A stretch of DNA of 63,374 bases from Acidimicrobiia bacterium. Its GTDB lineage: Bacteria > Actinomycetota > Acidimicrobiia > IMCC26256 > JACDBD01. Position 1 is the stretch's first letter. Each line of letters begins with the position of its first letter. The notes beneath the pieces were generated by a model. That model was not told the DNA's origin. It saw only the letters and a program-made list of their open reading frames with translations, and ran no database searches. The stretch spans positions 1 to 63,374 of the forward strand of contig DATFXL010000110.1 of NCBI GenBank assembly GCA_035316025.1, written 5' to 3'. Position numbers and translations under genes: made by a program. Shown here in pieces: positions 18,595 to 28,383 of the stretch.

Positions 18595-20094
18595 ATGGGC
18601 CGGGCCGCACGGGTTGCTCTCGCGGCCGCACTCCTGTTCGTCACGCTGGGATCCGCCGACGCGGCCGGCGTGGCGCCGCCGGCCAAGTCGCCACCGCTCC
18701 CCGCGTTACCGAAGCTCGATCTCGAATCGCCCTCGCTGTCGGCCGGCGGACGTGAGTATCTCGAACGCACCCCGCTCGACGACGCGCCCCGCTATGCGCT
18801 GAGTGCCCGAATCGATCCGCAGACCGGAGACCTCGACGGACGCATGCGCGCCGAGGTGCCGGCGCCTGAGAACGGCGAGCTCCGGTTCCGGATGCTCGCC
18901 GGCCTGCCCGCGCTCCACACCGGCCTGTCCGTACGCGACGCCACCGTCCACGGGAAGAAGGCACAGCCCCGGCTCGACCAGGCGCTGCTCACGATTCCGG
19001 CCTCGCGCACGGGCTCGGGGAAGGTCGTCGTCGGCGCGCGCTTCACATACCGCGTCCCGCGCGCCGGGACGACGCACGGCCGGCCGCTCACGCAGGCGAC
19101 AATCGCGCTCCTGTCCCGGCGCGCCGACAGCATCCAGTTCGGCCACTGGTTTCCCGTCTGGTTGCCGCCGGGCGCCGACAGCGATCCGGGCCTGTCGGGC
19201 TTCGGCGACATCGGCAACTTCGCCGCCGGCGCCATCACGGCGCGCGTGCGCGTGCCCGACGGGTGGGACGTCGCCAGCGGCGGCATCACCGCCGACCGGC
19301 ACGAGGCCGATGGAAACACGACCGTCACCGAGTCGGGCGTCGGGTTGCGCGACCTCTCGCTCGTCGTCGCCCGCGGGGTGCAACGGGCCGAGGCCCGAGC
19401 CGGCGAGGTGACCGTGCGAGCCGTCGGCCCGCCGACAGTCGACGTCGACGGCACCGCCCGCGCCGCTGCCGCCGCGCTCCAGACGCTCGCCGACCGGTTC
19501 GGGCCCTACCCGTGGTCGGAAGTGGACGTGATCGCGGTGTCGCTGGGCCCCGACGCCGGCGGCATGGAGTGGCCGGGCGCGGTGTGGGTCGACGGCCTCG
19601 CCGACGGTCCCCGGGGCGCGGCGTTGGCCCTCGACCACGAGCTCGCGCACCAGTGGTGGCACGTCCTGGTCGGGAACGACTCGATCCGGGCCCCCGTCGT
19701 CGACGAGCCGCTTGCGCAGTACTCCATGTGCGTCGCCGCCGCGACCGACGGGGGCGCCTGTGACGTGCTCGGCGGTTCGGGACGGGACGGCGCGGGCGAG
19801 AACGCCTGCGCGGACCGGCCGACGACGGCGTTCGCGTCGGCAGCGCAGTACGGCTCGCTGATCTACGACCAGGCGCCGGAGCTTTACTTCGCACTGGCGT
19901 CCTCGGTCGGCGCCAGCGAGACCGACGCCGCGCTCCGCGGCGTTGTCACGCGCCATGCGTTCGGGATCATCACGCCGGTGGAGCTGCGGGACGAGCTCGT
20001 CTCCGCGTTCCCGCAGCAGGCGGAGACGGTGCGGGGGCTGTGGGACCGCTACATCGGGCCGCCCGGCTGCGGCCTCAATCCGTCAGGAAAGTAG
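18595..20094 (+). CDS. Secreted M1-family (gluzincin) metallopeptidase
   Basis: Signal peptide, GGMEW, HELAHQWW, downstream DE motif (VVDEPLAQY). Confidence 0.85.
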   Translation: MGRAARVALAAALLFVTLGSADAAGVAPPAKSPPLPALPKLDLESPSLSAGGREYLERTPLDDAPRYALSARIDPQTGDLDGRMRAEVPAPENGELRFRMLAGLPALHTGLSVRDATVHGKKAQPRLDQALLTIPASRTGSGKVVVGARFTYRVPRAGTTHGRPLTQATIALLSRRADSIQFGHWFPVWLPPGADSDPGLSGFGDIGNFAAGAITARVRVPDGWDVASGGITADRHEADGNTTVTESGVGLRDLSLVVARGVQRAEARAGEVTVRAVGPPTVDVDGTARAAAAALQTLADRFGPYPWSEVDVIAVSLGPDAGGMEWPGAVWVDGLADGPRGAALALDHELAHQWWHVLVGNDSIRAPVVDEPLAQYSMCVAAATDGGACDVLGGSGRDGAGENACADRPTTAFASAAQYGSLIYDQAPELYFALASSVGASETDAALRGVVTRHAFGIITPVELRDELVSAFPQQAETVRGLWDRYIGPPGCGLNPSGK

Positions 20095-20953
20095 TAATGC
20101 GGTGGTTGACGACGTCCGGTTGCTCGAGGTGCAGGAAGTGGCCTGTGCCCGGCACGATCACGAGCTCGAGGCCGGCGGGGAAATTCGGCCGCAGCTCCTC
20201 CTCTACGACGATCTCGGCGCCCATCACGCCGTCGTCGGTGCCGTGGAGGTACAGCGTCGGCACCGGCGTGGGCTGGAAGTACGCCGACTGCACCTCCGAC
20301 AGCGCCGGGTCGGCGTCCTTCGACCCGTACACGAAGCGGTAGTAGTCGAGCGCGGCCGGCGTCACGCCCGGCGCGCCGAGCGTCTTCTTCAGGTCGGCCA
20401 TGAACTCCGGGTCGGGCTCGAAGCCCGGCGACCAGTCGCGCCACAGCTGGTCGACGACGGCGAAGTCGTTCATGGCCACCGCCGTGTCCGCCACGGGGAG
20501 CTGGAAGAAGAACTGGTACCACGATCGCTTCAGCTGCGCCGGGTCGAAGAGGTGCTGGCCCAGCGAGGCCGCATGCGGCACGGCCATGTCGGCCAGGCGA
20601 AGGAACCGCGTCGGCGCGTGCGCCACGGCCGTGTATGCGGCCATCGCGCCCCAGTCGTGGCCGACGAGCACCGCCGGCGCGTCGCCGGCCAGGGCGTCGG
20701 CGAGCGCGATGGCGTCGAGCGCGAGCGACGCGATCTGGTAGTTGCCGTCGGGCGCGAGGCCGGTGGGGTGGTACCCGCGCATCCACGGCGCCACGGCGTG
20801 GAAACCCTCGGCGGCGAGGTCGGTGAGGAGGGCCTCGTAGGTGCGGGCGTGGTCGGGGAAGCCGTGGAGGCACAGCGCCAGTGGCCCGTCGGCCGGGCCC
20901 GCTTCGAGGTAGCCGAAGTCGATCCCGTTGGCGGTGACGCGGCCCTGTTCCAT
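20075..20953 (-). CDS. Alpha/beta hydrolase (epoxide hydrolase-like)
   Basis: LHGFPD, MRGY, GHDWGA, GHFLHLE. Confidence 0.9.
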   Translation of the reverse strand: MEQGRVTANGIDFGYLEAGPADGPLALCLHGFPDHARTYEALLTDLAAEGFHAVAPWMRGYHPTGLAPDGNYQIASLALDAIALADALAGDAPAVLVGHDWGAMAAYTAVAHAPTRFLRLADMAVPHAASLGQHLFDPAQLKRSWYQFFFQLPVADTAVAMNDFAVVDQLWRDWSPGFEPDPEFMADLKKTLGAPGVTPAALDYYRFVYGSKDADPALSEVQSAYFQPTPVPTLYLHGTDDGVMGAEIVVEEELRPNFPAGLELVIVPGTGHFLHLEQPDVVNHRITTFLTD

Positions 20954-21023
20954 GGCTCGGGAGCCTACGGCGCACCGGTCGTGCGTTCCTGAGGGCCTCG
21001 TCACGAGTGACAAGCTTGTGGGC

Positions 21024-21995
21024 GTGACCGCCGCCCCCGCCGCCGTGCAGGACGCCGAGGTCATTCACACCGTGGGGCTGACGAAGGTGTTTCCGGGTGG
21101 CGTGAAGGCCGTCGACCACCTCGACCTCTCGTTGCGCGGGGGCGAGATCTTCGGTCTGCTCGGCCCCAACGGGGCGGGGAAGACGACCACGGTCGGCATG
21201 CTCACTTCGATGGTCGTCCCGACCGACGGCAGCGCCGTCGTCGGCGGCGTCGACGTGATCAGGCACCCGGCGCTGGCCAAGCAGGCGATCGGCGTCGTGC
21301 CCCAGACGAACACACTCGACCGGTCGTTGAGCGTGGCGGAGAACCTGTACTTCCACGGACGTTTCTTCGGGATGAGCGCCCGCGAGGCGAAGACGGAGGC
21401 GCACCGGCTGCTCGAAAAGTTCTGGCTCGCCGACCGTGCTTCGGCCGAGGTGCTCGCGCTGTCGGGCGGCATGGCGCAGCGCCTCATGGTGGCGCGAGCC
21501 GTGATGCACCGACCCGCCATCCTCTTCCTCGACGAGCCCACCGCCGGCCTCGATCCGCAGAGTCGCATCGCGCTGTGGGAGATCCTGCAGGAGCTGCACG
21601 GCGAAGGGCAGACCATCCTTCTCACCACGCATTACATGGAAGAGGCGGACCAGCTCTGCGATCGCGTGGCGATCATGGACCACGGCCGCATCCTCGCTCT
21701 CGATACGCCCGCAGCCCTCAAGCGCGGCGTCGGCGCCGACACGATCGTCACCGTGTCCGCCGAAGGCGGCCTCGAAGAGCTCGCGCGACTGCTCGAGGCG
21801 CGCGTGCCGGGAGCGACGAACGCCAAGCGCGTCGATAGCACCGTGCAGCTGGGCGTGAGCGGCTCGCGCGGCGTGCTGCCGGCGGTCATCAACGCCGCCG
21901 AGCAGGGCGGCTTCACGGTCACAGACCTCTCGCTCACCGAGCCCACCCTCGAGACCGTGTTCATCAACCTGACGGGGAAGGAGCTGCGCGACTGA
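21024..21995 (+). CDS. ABC-2 type transporter ATP-binding subunit (DrrA/NodI-like)
   Basis: GPNGAGKTT, LSGGMAQR, LFLDEPT, TTHYMEEAD. Confidence 0.93.
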   Translation: MTAAPAAVQDAEVIHTVGLTKVFPGGVKAVDHLDLSLRGGEIFGLLGPNGAGKTTTVGMLTSMVVPTDGSAVVGGVDVIRHPALAKQAIGVVPQTNTLDRSLSVAENLYFHGRFFGMSAREAKTEAHRLLEKFWLADRASAEVLALSGGMAQRLMVARAVMHRPAILFLDEPTAGLDPQSRIALWEILQELHGEGQTILLTTHYMEEADQLCDRVAIMDHGRILALDTPAALKRGVGADTIVTVSAEGGLEELARLLEARVPGATNAKRVDSTVQLGVSGSRGVLPAVINAAEQGGFTVTDLSLTEPTLETVFINLTGKELRD

Positions 21996-22879
21996 TGGCG
22001 ACGACCACGTCCACGACCGCCGAAGACGCTGCCGCCGCCGCCCTGACCACCGCCCGGCGCAACACCGTTACCGCCAGTTGGATCGCGTTCAGAGCGTTGC
22101 TACTGCGTGACCTCACCGTCCTGCGCAAGCAGCTGAACGAGTTCTTGCCCCGCACGCTGCTCCAGCCGTTCCTTCTCGTGTTCGTGTTCACCTATGTCTT
22201 CCCGAAGATCGGGCAGGGCGTCGGCGGTGGGACCGGACCGGCGGCGGAGTCAGCGTTTGCCACGCTCCTCGTTGCCGGCGTCGTCGGCATCACGATCCTG
22301 TTCCAGGGCATCCAGTCCGTCGCCCTCCCGATGGTTCAGGAGTTCGGCTACACGAAGGAGATCGAGGACCGCGTGCTCGCTCCGCTCCCAGTGTCGCTTG
22401 TCGCCCTGGGCAAGGTGACGTCGGGTGCGATCCAGGGGCTGATCGCGGCGCTGCTCGTTTTCCCCATCGCGGCCGTGGTCCCCGCCAACGACGTGCACCT
22501 CAGCTTCAACTGGCCGGTGGTACTGACCCTCGTACCGCTGGCGTGCATCACGGCCTCGGCGCTCGGGCTCACGTTCGGGACCCGGTTCGAGCCGCGAACC
22601 GTGCCGATCATGTTCGGAGTGATCATCATCCCGATCACCTTCCTCGGCTGCGTCTACTACTCCTGGACGGCCCTGGACCCGATCAAGATCTGGGGGTTCT
22701 CGTGGCTGAAGTGGCTCGTGCTCGTCAACCCGCTCGTCTATATGAGCGAGGGCTTCCGGGGCGCCTTCACCACGGCGAACCACATGTCGCTCGCGGTCGT
22801 ATATCTGGCGCTCGCGGGCTTCGCGGCCCTCTTCCTCTACCTGGGGATCAACGGCTTCAAGAAGCGGGTCCTGAGCTGA
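21995..22879 (+). CDS. ABC-2 type transporter permease
   Basis: Multiple TM helices, NPLVYMSEGFR; translationally coupled to the ATPase. Confidence 0.9.
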   Translation: MATTTSTTAEDAAAAALTTARRNTVTASWIAFRALLLRDLTVLRKQLNEFLPRTLLQPFLLVFVFTYVFPKIGQGVGGGTGPAAESAFATLLVAGVVGITILFQGIQSVALPMVQEFGYTKEIEDRVLAPLPVSLVALGKVTSGAIQGLIAALLVFPIAAVVPANDVHLSFNWPVVLTLVPLACITASALGLTFGTRFEPRTVPIMFGVIIIPITFLGCVYYSWTALDPIKIWGFSWLKWLVLVNPLVYMSEGFRGAFTTANHMSLAVVYLALAGFAALFLYLGINGFKKRVLS

Positions 22880-22940
22880 AGGTGTGTGACCTGCGGCGGG
22901 CGATGTTTCTCGACCGCCGCCCAATCGGTATCCTCCAGGA

Positions 22941-23813
22941 GTGCGCGGGGGGATTCAGCTCTCGTTCCACGGCGTCAGAGGATCGACGCCGTGCGCGGGG
23001 CGGCAGTACGACCGGTACGGCGGGAACACGTCGTGCGTGGCGCTCGAGGCCGAGGGCCACGACCCGATCATCTTCGACATGGGCACGGGCCTGCGGCCCT
23101 ATGGTCAGACGCTCGAGGTCGACGGTCCGTTCCACGGAACCGTCCTCCTGAGCCACCTGCACTGGGACCACATCCAGGGCCTGCCCTTCTTCGGCCCGAT
23201 CTCAGCGGCCGACGCCGTGCTCGACATCTACGGCCCGGCGCAGGAGAAGGGACCGCTCGACGCCGTGTTCACCGGCGTGATGCAGCAGCCGTACTTCCCG
23301 ATCACGCCGGACGAGCTGCACGGCACCGTTCGGTTCCACGACACCGCCAACGACGACTTCGCCGTCAACGGCGGCAAGGTGCGGTCACGCTGGGTACGGC
23401 ACACGAGCCCGACGATTGGGTTCCGGGTGGACCTCGAGGGCCACTCGGTGGCGTATGTGTCCGACCACGGGCCTGGGTGCTCGGACGACGCCGACGACTT
23501 CGTCCCGCCGGAGATCCTCGACCTGGCCGACGGCGTCGACGTGCTGATCCACGACGCGCAGCACACCTGTGAGGAGTTCGAGCACAAGCGTCACTTCGGG
23601 CACTCGACTGTGGACTACGCCGTTCATGTCGCCCGGGTGGCGGGGGCGCGTCGGTTGGTGCTGTTCCATCACTGCCCCTCGCACTCGGACGACACGGTCG
23701 ACCTCATGCACCTGTACGGCAGCGCCCTCGCCGAACGGGTTGCGGGTGGGCTCGAGGTGCTCGCAGCTCGCGAAGGCGCTGCCGTCGAGCTGCGCTCCGT
23801 CGTCACGCAGTGA
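22941..23813 (+). CDS. MBL-fold metallo-hydrolase (phosphodiesterase/PhnP-like)
   Basis: GVRGSTP, YGGNTSCV, SHLHWDHIQGLPFF, HDAQ, GHST, LFHH. Confidence 0.88.
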   Translation: MRGGIQLSFHGVRGSTPCAGRQYDRYGGNTSCVALEAEGHDPIIFDMGTGLRPYGQTLEVDGPFHGTVLLSHLHWDHIQGLPFFGPISAADAVLDIYGPAQEKGPLDAVFTGVMQQPYFPITPDELHGTVRFHDTANDDFAVNGGKVRSRWVRHTSPTIGFRVDLEGHSVAYVSDHGPGCSDDADDFVPPEILDLADGVDVLIHDAQHTCEEFEHKRHFGHSTVDYAVHVARVAGARRLVLFHHCPSHSDDTVDLMHLYGSALAERVAGGLEVLAAREGAAVELRSVVTQ

Positions 23814-23844
23814 ACGACCGTCGCGGCGAGCGCGTGGTCGTTGC

Positions 23845-24351
23845 ATGAGCGAATCGGAGAGCGCCGAAACACTCATGCCGCCCGACGAGGCGTCCTTCCG
23901 GACGGTTCTCGGGCACTTCGCCACCGGGGTCACGATCATCACGGCGATGGACGGGAACGAGCCCATCGGCGTCTCGGCCAACTCGTTCACCTCTGTGTCC
24001 CTTGACCCGCCGCTCGTGCTGTTCTGCGCGTCGAAGGTGTCGACCACGTGGCCGCGGATCGAGGCGGCGGGCAAGTTCACGGTGAACATCCTCAACGAGC
24101 ACCAGGAGGACGTCTGCCGGGTGTTCGCGACGAAGGGCGCCGACCGGTTCAGCCGCATCGGCTGGCGGCCGTCCGCCAACGGGTCGCCGGTCCTGCACGA
24201 CGCCCTTGCTTATGTCGATTGCACGATCCGCGACCAGCACGACGGCGGCGACCACCTCGTCGTCATCGGCGACGTGCAGGAGCTCGGTGTCCTCGGCGAC
24301 GAGGGACCGCTCATCTTCTACCGGGGCGGCTACGGCCACTTCGCCAGCTGA
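23845..24351 (+). CDS. Flavin reductase family protein
   Basis: FRTVLGHFATGVTII, NSFTSVSLDPPLV, GGDHLVVIG. Confidence 0.92.
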   Translation: MSESESAETLMPPDEASFRTVLGHFATGVTIITAMDGNEPIGVSANSFTSVSLDPPLVLFCASKVSTTWPRIEAAGKFTVNILNEHQEDVCRVFATKGADRFSRIGWRPSANGSPVLHDALAYVDCTIRDQHDGGDHLVVIGDVQELGVLGDEGPLIFYRGGYGHFAS

Positions 24352-24361
24352 GGGTCGTCCG

Positions 24362-24973
24362 GTGGACCCCAGCCGGCTTTCGATGTCGGTCGGCGAAGCG
24401 ATCTTCACCCAGCGGGCGATCCGTCGGTTCATGCCCGAGCCGATCCCGCCCGACGACGTGCAGCTCGTGCTCGAAGCCGCGGTCCGGGCGCCCAACGGCG
24501 GCAACCTGCAGCCGGCGCGGTTCCTCGTCGTGACCGATCGCGACACGGTGCGCGAGTTCGGCGCGTTGTACCGCGAGGCGTGGTGGGCGAAGCGCCACGA
24601 CGAGGGGTTCCGCGCCTTCGAGGATCTGCCGCGGCGGTTTCATCCCGCGGCGGGGTTGGCTGACGCGATGGTCGACGTGCCGTGCATCGTGATCGCGTTC
24701 GCGGTCCACGGCGGGCCGGCGGACTCGGTGATCCCCGCGGTGCAGAATCTGATGCTCGCGGCGCGGGCGCTCGGGATCGGCTCGGTCCCGACGACCTTGC
24801 ACCCTTCGGTCATGGAGCGCGTGCACCACCTGTTCGGCATCCCCGACGACGCCGGGTTCCACTTTTGCGTGCCGTTGGGTTACCCCCAGGGCAACTTCGG
24901 ACCGAACGTGCGGAAGCCGATCGCGGAGACGTCCTTCCTCGACCGGTGGGGCGCTCCCGGTCCCTGGAGCTGA
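24362..24973 (+). CDS. Nitroreductase family protein
   Basis: QRAIRRF, APNGGNLQP, QNLMLAARALGIGS, PLGYP. Confidence 0.9.
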   Translation: MDPSRLSMSVGEAIFTQRAIRRFMPEPIPPDDVQLVLEAAVRAPNGGNLQPARFLVVTDRDTVREFGALYREAWWAKRHDEGFRAFEDLPRRFHPAAGLADAMVDVPCIVIAFAVHGGPADSVIPAVQNLMLAARALGIGSVPTTLHPSVMERVHHLFGIPDDAGFHFCVPLGYPQGNFGPNVRKPIAETSFLDRWGAPGPWS

Positions 24974-24975
24974 TC

Positions 24976-25455
24976 GTGGACGCGCTGGTCTTCGCGGCAC
25001 GGGTCACCGTTGCGATCGTCCTCGCGTACGCCGCCTTCGCGAAGGTGCACGAAGCCGGCCGGCTGCCGGCTCAGATGCGCGCCATCGGCGTCCCCGCCCC
25101 GCTGTCGGTCGCCGCCGCTGCGGTCGTCCCCACCGTCGAGCTCGTGATCGCGCTGGCGCTCCTTGGGTTCCCCTACTCGCCCGTCCCCGCGTTCGCGGCG
25201 ATCGCGCTCCTCGCGCTGTTCACGGGCGTCGTGATCGCGAACCTCACGAGCGGGCAACGAAGGCCGTGTCCCTGCTTCGGCGCCGTCGCCGTCGACCGGC
25301 CCGTCTCGGCACTGGCACTCGTGCGCAACGCCTGGCTGCTCGCCCTGGCGATCGTCGCGACCGGCGACCCCACGGGCGACTCGGGCGCGCTCTTCCTACC
25401 GATCTTCCTGGTGCTCGCGCTCGTCACCGTCTTCGTGGTCCGAGTCACGAGCTGA
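24976..25455 (+). CDS. MauE/DoxX family membrane protein
   Basis: AFAK, TM helices, CPCFG, LVRNAWLL. Confidence 0.82.
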   Translation: MDALVFAARVTVAIVLAYAAFAKVHEAGRLPAQMRAIGVPAPLSVAAAAVVPTVELVIALALLGFPYSPVPAFAAIALLALFTGVVIANLTSGQRRPCPCFGAVAVDRPVSALALVRNAWLLALAIVATGDPTGDSGALFLPIFLVLALVTVFVVRVTS

Positions 25456-25458
25456 CGG

Positions 25459-25890
25459 CTAGGGCCGCCGGCGGCGAGCCACCCGCCAGTAGAGGCCGGC
25501 CTCGACCCAGCTGCCCGTGGCGGCGTCGAGCGCGGCCGTCGCCACGACGGCGAGGGCGACGACCCACGCGAGGAGGTCGAGCCCGACGAAGACGAAGAGC
25601 GACGCGATGAGGAGCGCGCCCGTCTGGACGAGCACCGACAACCGGATCGTCTGCCGGTCGACGAGCGTCTCGGGAGGCTCGAGCCGATCGCCGGCCACGG
25701 CCGAGAACAGCCGCGGCAACGGGGCCCGCCGCGGCCCCACCGCGCCGCTCACTGCGACCACCACGGTGACCGCCGGGATCAGCAGGTCGGCCCGGAACGC
25801 GAACCCGATGAGCAGGACCAGCGCGATGACACCTTGCTGGAAGCGGAGCGGCCGGGGATCCAGGCCGCGGCGGGATGGGTGGTGGACCAC
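25459..25890 (-). CDS. DUF4395-like membrane protein
   Basis: LDPRPLRFQQG start, hydrophobic helices, ALDAATGSW...GLY C-terminus. Confidence 0.65.
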   Translation of the reverse strand: MVHHPSRRGLDPRPLRFQQGVIALVLLIGFAFRADLLIPAVTVVVAVSGAVGPRRAPLPRLFSAVAGDRLEPPETLVDRQTIRLSVLVQTGALLIASLFVFVGLDLLAWVVALAVVATAALDAATGSWVEAGLYWRVARRRRP

Positions 25891-26108
25891 TACTTGAACG
25901 CGCCCGAGCCGCGCACGAACAGGTGCCAGCCGACGAACGCCCAGAGGGCCCAGATGAGCCACCTCGCCCACCGGTGACGGAACACACGCGCCATGACGTC
26001 GTCCGGCGTCGCGGACCGTGGCCGTTGCACGTACGTGATCACACCCCAGACGACCGCCAGCGCCGCGATCAGCGCGTAGACCGCGTAACCGAGTGTGCTG
26101 GAGCTCAC
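25890..26108 (-). CDS. Small membrane protein (DUF6186-like)
   Basis: 72 aa, two hydrophobic segments, C-terminal WAFVGWHLFVR. Confidence 0.65.
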   Translation of the reverse strand: MSSSTLGYAVYALIAALAVVWGVITYVQRPRSATPDDVMARVFRHRWARWLIWALWAFVGWHLFVRGSGAFK

Positions 26109-26491
26109 CGTCGGAACAGCCAGTAGCCCAGGCCCACCCAGGCCACGAACACCACGAAGCGACCGGGGTGCGTGCTCATGGCCGAGTCGGCGATCGAGCT
26201 GAGCGTCGGGTGCTCGACCCGCGGCGAGAGCCGATAGGAGATCAGCTCCCAGATGAGCACCGCGCCGAACAGGGCCGCCCAGACCCAGGTTCCTCGCCGT
26301 GTGGCGTCGGTCTCGGGGGGGTGCATGCGCAGCATCGCGATGCCGCCGACCACGAGCGGGATGGCCACCACGACGGCTTCGGGATGCGTGAACGCTCGCA
26401 GACCCGACGCGATCCACGCGTACACGAGCACGGCGGCCACCACCATCGCCGTCCGCCACGTCGCGCGCCGACGCCCGCGTGTCGTCTGCAC
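26105..26491 (-). CDS. Hypothetical membrane protein
   Basis: Four hydrophobic segments, WELISY...HPTLSSIAD; start could also be ATG at 26446. Confidence 0.6.
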   Translation of the reverse strand: MQTTRGRRRATWRTAMVVAAVLVYAWIASGLRAFTHPEAVVVAIPLVVGGIAMLRMHPPETDATRRGTWVWAALFGAVLIWELISYRLSPRVEHPTLSSIADSAMSTHPGRFVVFVAWVGLGYWLFRR

Positions 26492-26610
26492 GGCGACAGT
26501 CTCGCAATCGCACGCCGGGGGCCGGAAGCCCCGCTGGTAGATTCGTTGGGCACCCCGCGGACCCCTCACGACAGGCAGCCCGCGGGCGCGCAGGGGTCGA
26601 GGGAGAACAG

Positions 26611-28383
26611 GTGGATCGCGAGCGCGAAACCCGACGGGCGGGCTGGCGGTTGATGCGCGGCACGCTCGGTTCCCAGAAGGGCTGGGTCGGGTTCGGCGTG
26701 TTCGCCGGAGTCTCGTGGACGGCAGCCAAGATCGCGGTCCCGCTCCTCGCCGCCGGCGCGATCGACAACGGGATCCTGCCCGGCAACACCCAGGCCGTCC
26801 TCGTCTACTCGCTCGTCATCGTGGCCGTCGGTGTCGTCCAGGGCCTCTCGTCGGGCTTCCGACGGTTCTGCGCGTTCCGCATCGCGTACCGCTCCGAGAC
26901 CAACCTCCGGCAACGGCTGTTTGCCCATCTGCAACGGCTCCATTTCGCGTTCCACGACGAGGCGCAGACTGGTCAGCTGATGGCTCGCGCGAACACCGAC
27001 ATCTTCCAGATCAACCAGGCCGTCATCCTCATTCCGCTCACGATCGCCAGCACCCTCACGCTCGTCGGAGTCGTGGCGGTCATGGCACTGCAGAGCGTGC
27101 CCCTGACGTTGTTAGCCCTCGGCGCGCTACCGCTGCTGAACGTCAGCGCGTTCCGGTTCAGCCGGAAGATGCAGCCCATCACGACGACGCTGCAACAGAA
27201 GCTCGGCGACCTCACAGCGGTGGTCGAGGAGAGCGTCGCCGGGGTGCGCGCGGTCAAGGGCTTCGGCTCGGAGCGGCTGCAGGAGCGGGAGCTGGATCGG
27301 GAAGCCGACGCGGTGCGGGTCAGCTCGCTCGACTCCGCGCGACTGCGCGCCGGGTTCCTGCCCCTCGTCGACTTCCTCCCGGCGCTCGCGCTCGTCGCGA
27401 TCCTCTGGTACGGCGGCCACCTCGTGCTGAACGGCGAGCTCCAGCTCGGCTACATCGTCGCGTTCAACTCGTACGTCCTCATGCTGATTTGGCCCCTACG
27501 GATGGCGGGGATGCTCGTCGCGCAGGCGTCGCGCGCGTCGGCGGCGGCCGGACGGCTCGACGCCATCCTTGTCACCGACCCCGAAGTCGTCGACAAGCCC
27601 GGTGCCCGGGCGCTCCCGCCCGGACAGGGTGAGATCCGCTTCGAGCATGTCCGCTTCGGCTACCGCGGCGGCCGGCCCATCTTCTCCCGCCTCGACCTGC
27701 TCATCCGTGGAGGCGAGGCGGTGGCCGTCGTGGGCTCGACCGGCTCGGGCAAGACGACTGTGGCCCGGCTCGTGCCGCGCTTCTACGACGTCGACGGCGG
27801 ACGCGTGCTCCTCGACGGGACCGACGTGCGCGACGTCAAGAAGCAAGACCTCCGTCGCAGCATCGGCATCGTCTTCGAGGACACGTTCCTCTTCTCGGAC
27901 AGCGTGCGGGAGAACATCGCCTTCGCCGACCCGCAGGCGCCGATGGACACCGTGCGGAACGCGGCCCGCCTGGCGGGCGCGGACGAGTTCATCGAGGACA
28001 TGCCCGAGGGCTACGAGACGGTCATCGGCGAGTATGGCTACACCCTGTCGGGTGGTCAGCGGCAGCGGCTCGCGATCGCGCGCGCCGTGCTCGCCGACCC
28101 GCGGGTCCTTATCCTCGACGACGCCACGTCCTCGGTCGATCCGACCAAGGAGCACGAGATCCGCGCCGCGCTGCGCGAAGTGATGGCCGGGCGCACCACG
28201 CTGATCATCGCCCACCGGCCGGCGACCATCGCGCTCGCCGACCGCGTCGTCCTCCTCGACGACGGACGCGTCGTCGCCGAGGGCACGCACGACGAGCTCC
28301 TGCAGAGCTCCGAGCGCTACCGCGAGGTGCTCGCCCAGGCCGCCGCCATCGAGGCAGCGTCCACGGTGGAGGCGGTGCCGTGA
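26611..28383 (+). CDS. Heterodimeric ABC exporter subunit A (TMD+NBD)
   Basis: GSTGSGKTT, LSGGQRQR, degenerate Walker B ILILDDA; SD GGAG. Confidence 0.92.
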   Translation: MDRERETRRAGWRLMRGTLGSQKGWVGFGVFAGVSWTAAKIAVPLLAAGAIDNGILPGNTQAVLVYSLVIVAVGVVQGLSSGFRRFCAFRIAYRSETNLRQRLFAHLQRLHFAFHDEAQTGQLMARANTDIFQINQAVILIPLTIASTLTLVGVVAVMALQSVPLTLLALGALPLLNVSAFRFSRKMQPITTTLQQKLGDLTAVVEESVAGVRAVKGFGSERLQERELDREADAVRVSSLDSARLRAGFLPLVDFLPALALVAILWYGGHLVLNGELQLGYIVAFNSYVLMLIWPLRMAGMLVAQASRASAAAGRLDAILVTDPEVVDKPGARALPPGQGEIRFEHVRFGYRGGRPIFSRLDLLIRGGEAVAVVGSTGSGKTTVARLVPRFYDVDGGRVLLDGTDVRDVKKQDLRRSIGIVFEDTFLFSDSVRENIAFADPQAPMDTVRNAARLAGADEFIEDMPEGYETVIGEYGYTLSGGQRQRLAIARAVLADPRVLILDDATSSVDPTKEHEIRAALREVMAGRTTLIIAHRPATIALADRVVLLDDGRVVAEGTHDELLQSSERYREVLAQAAAIEAASTVEAVP

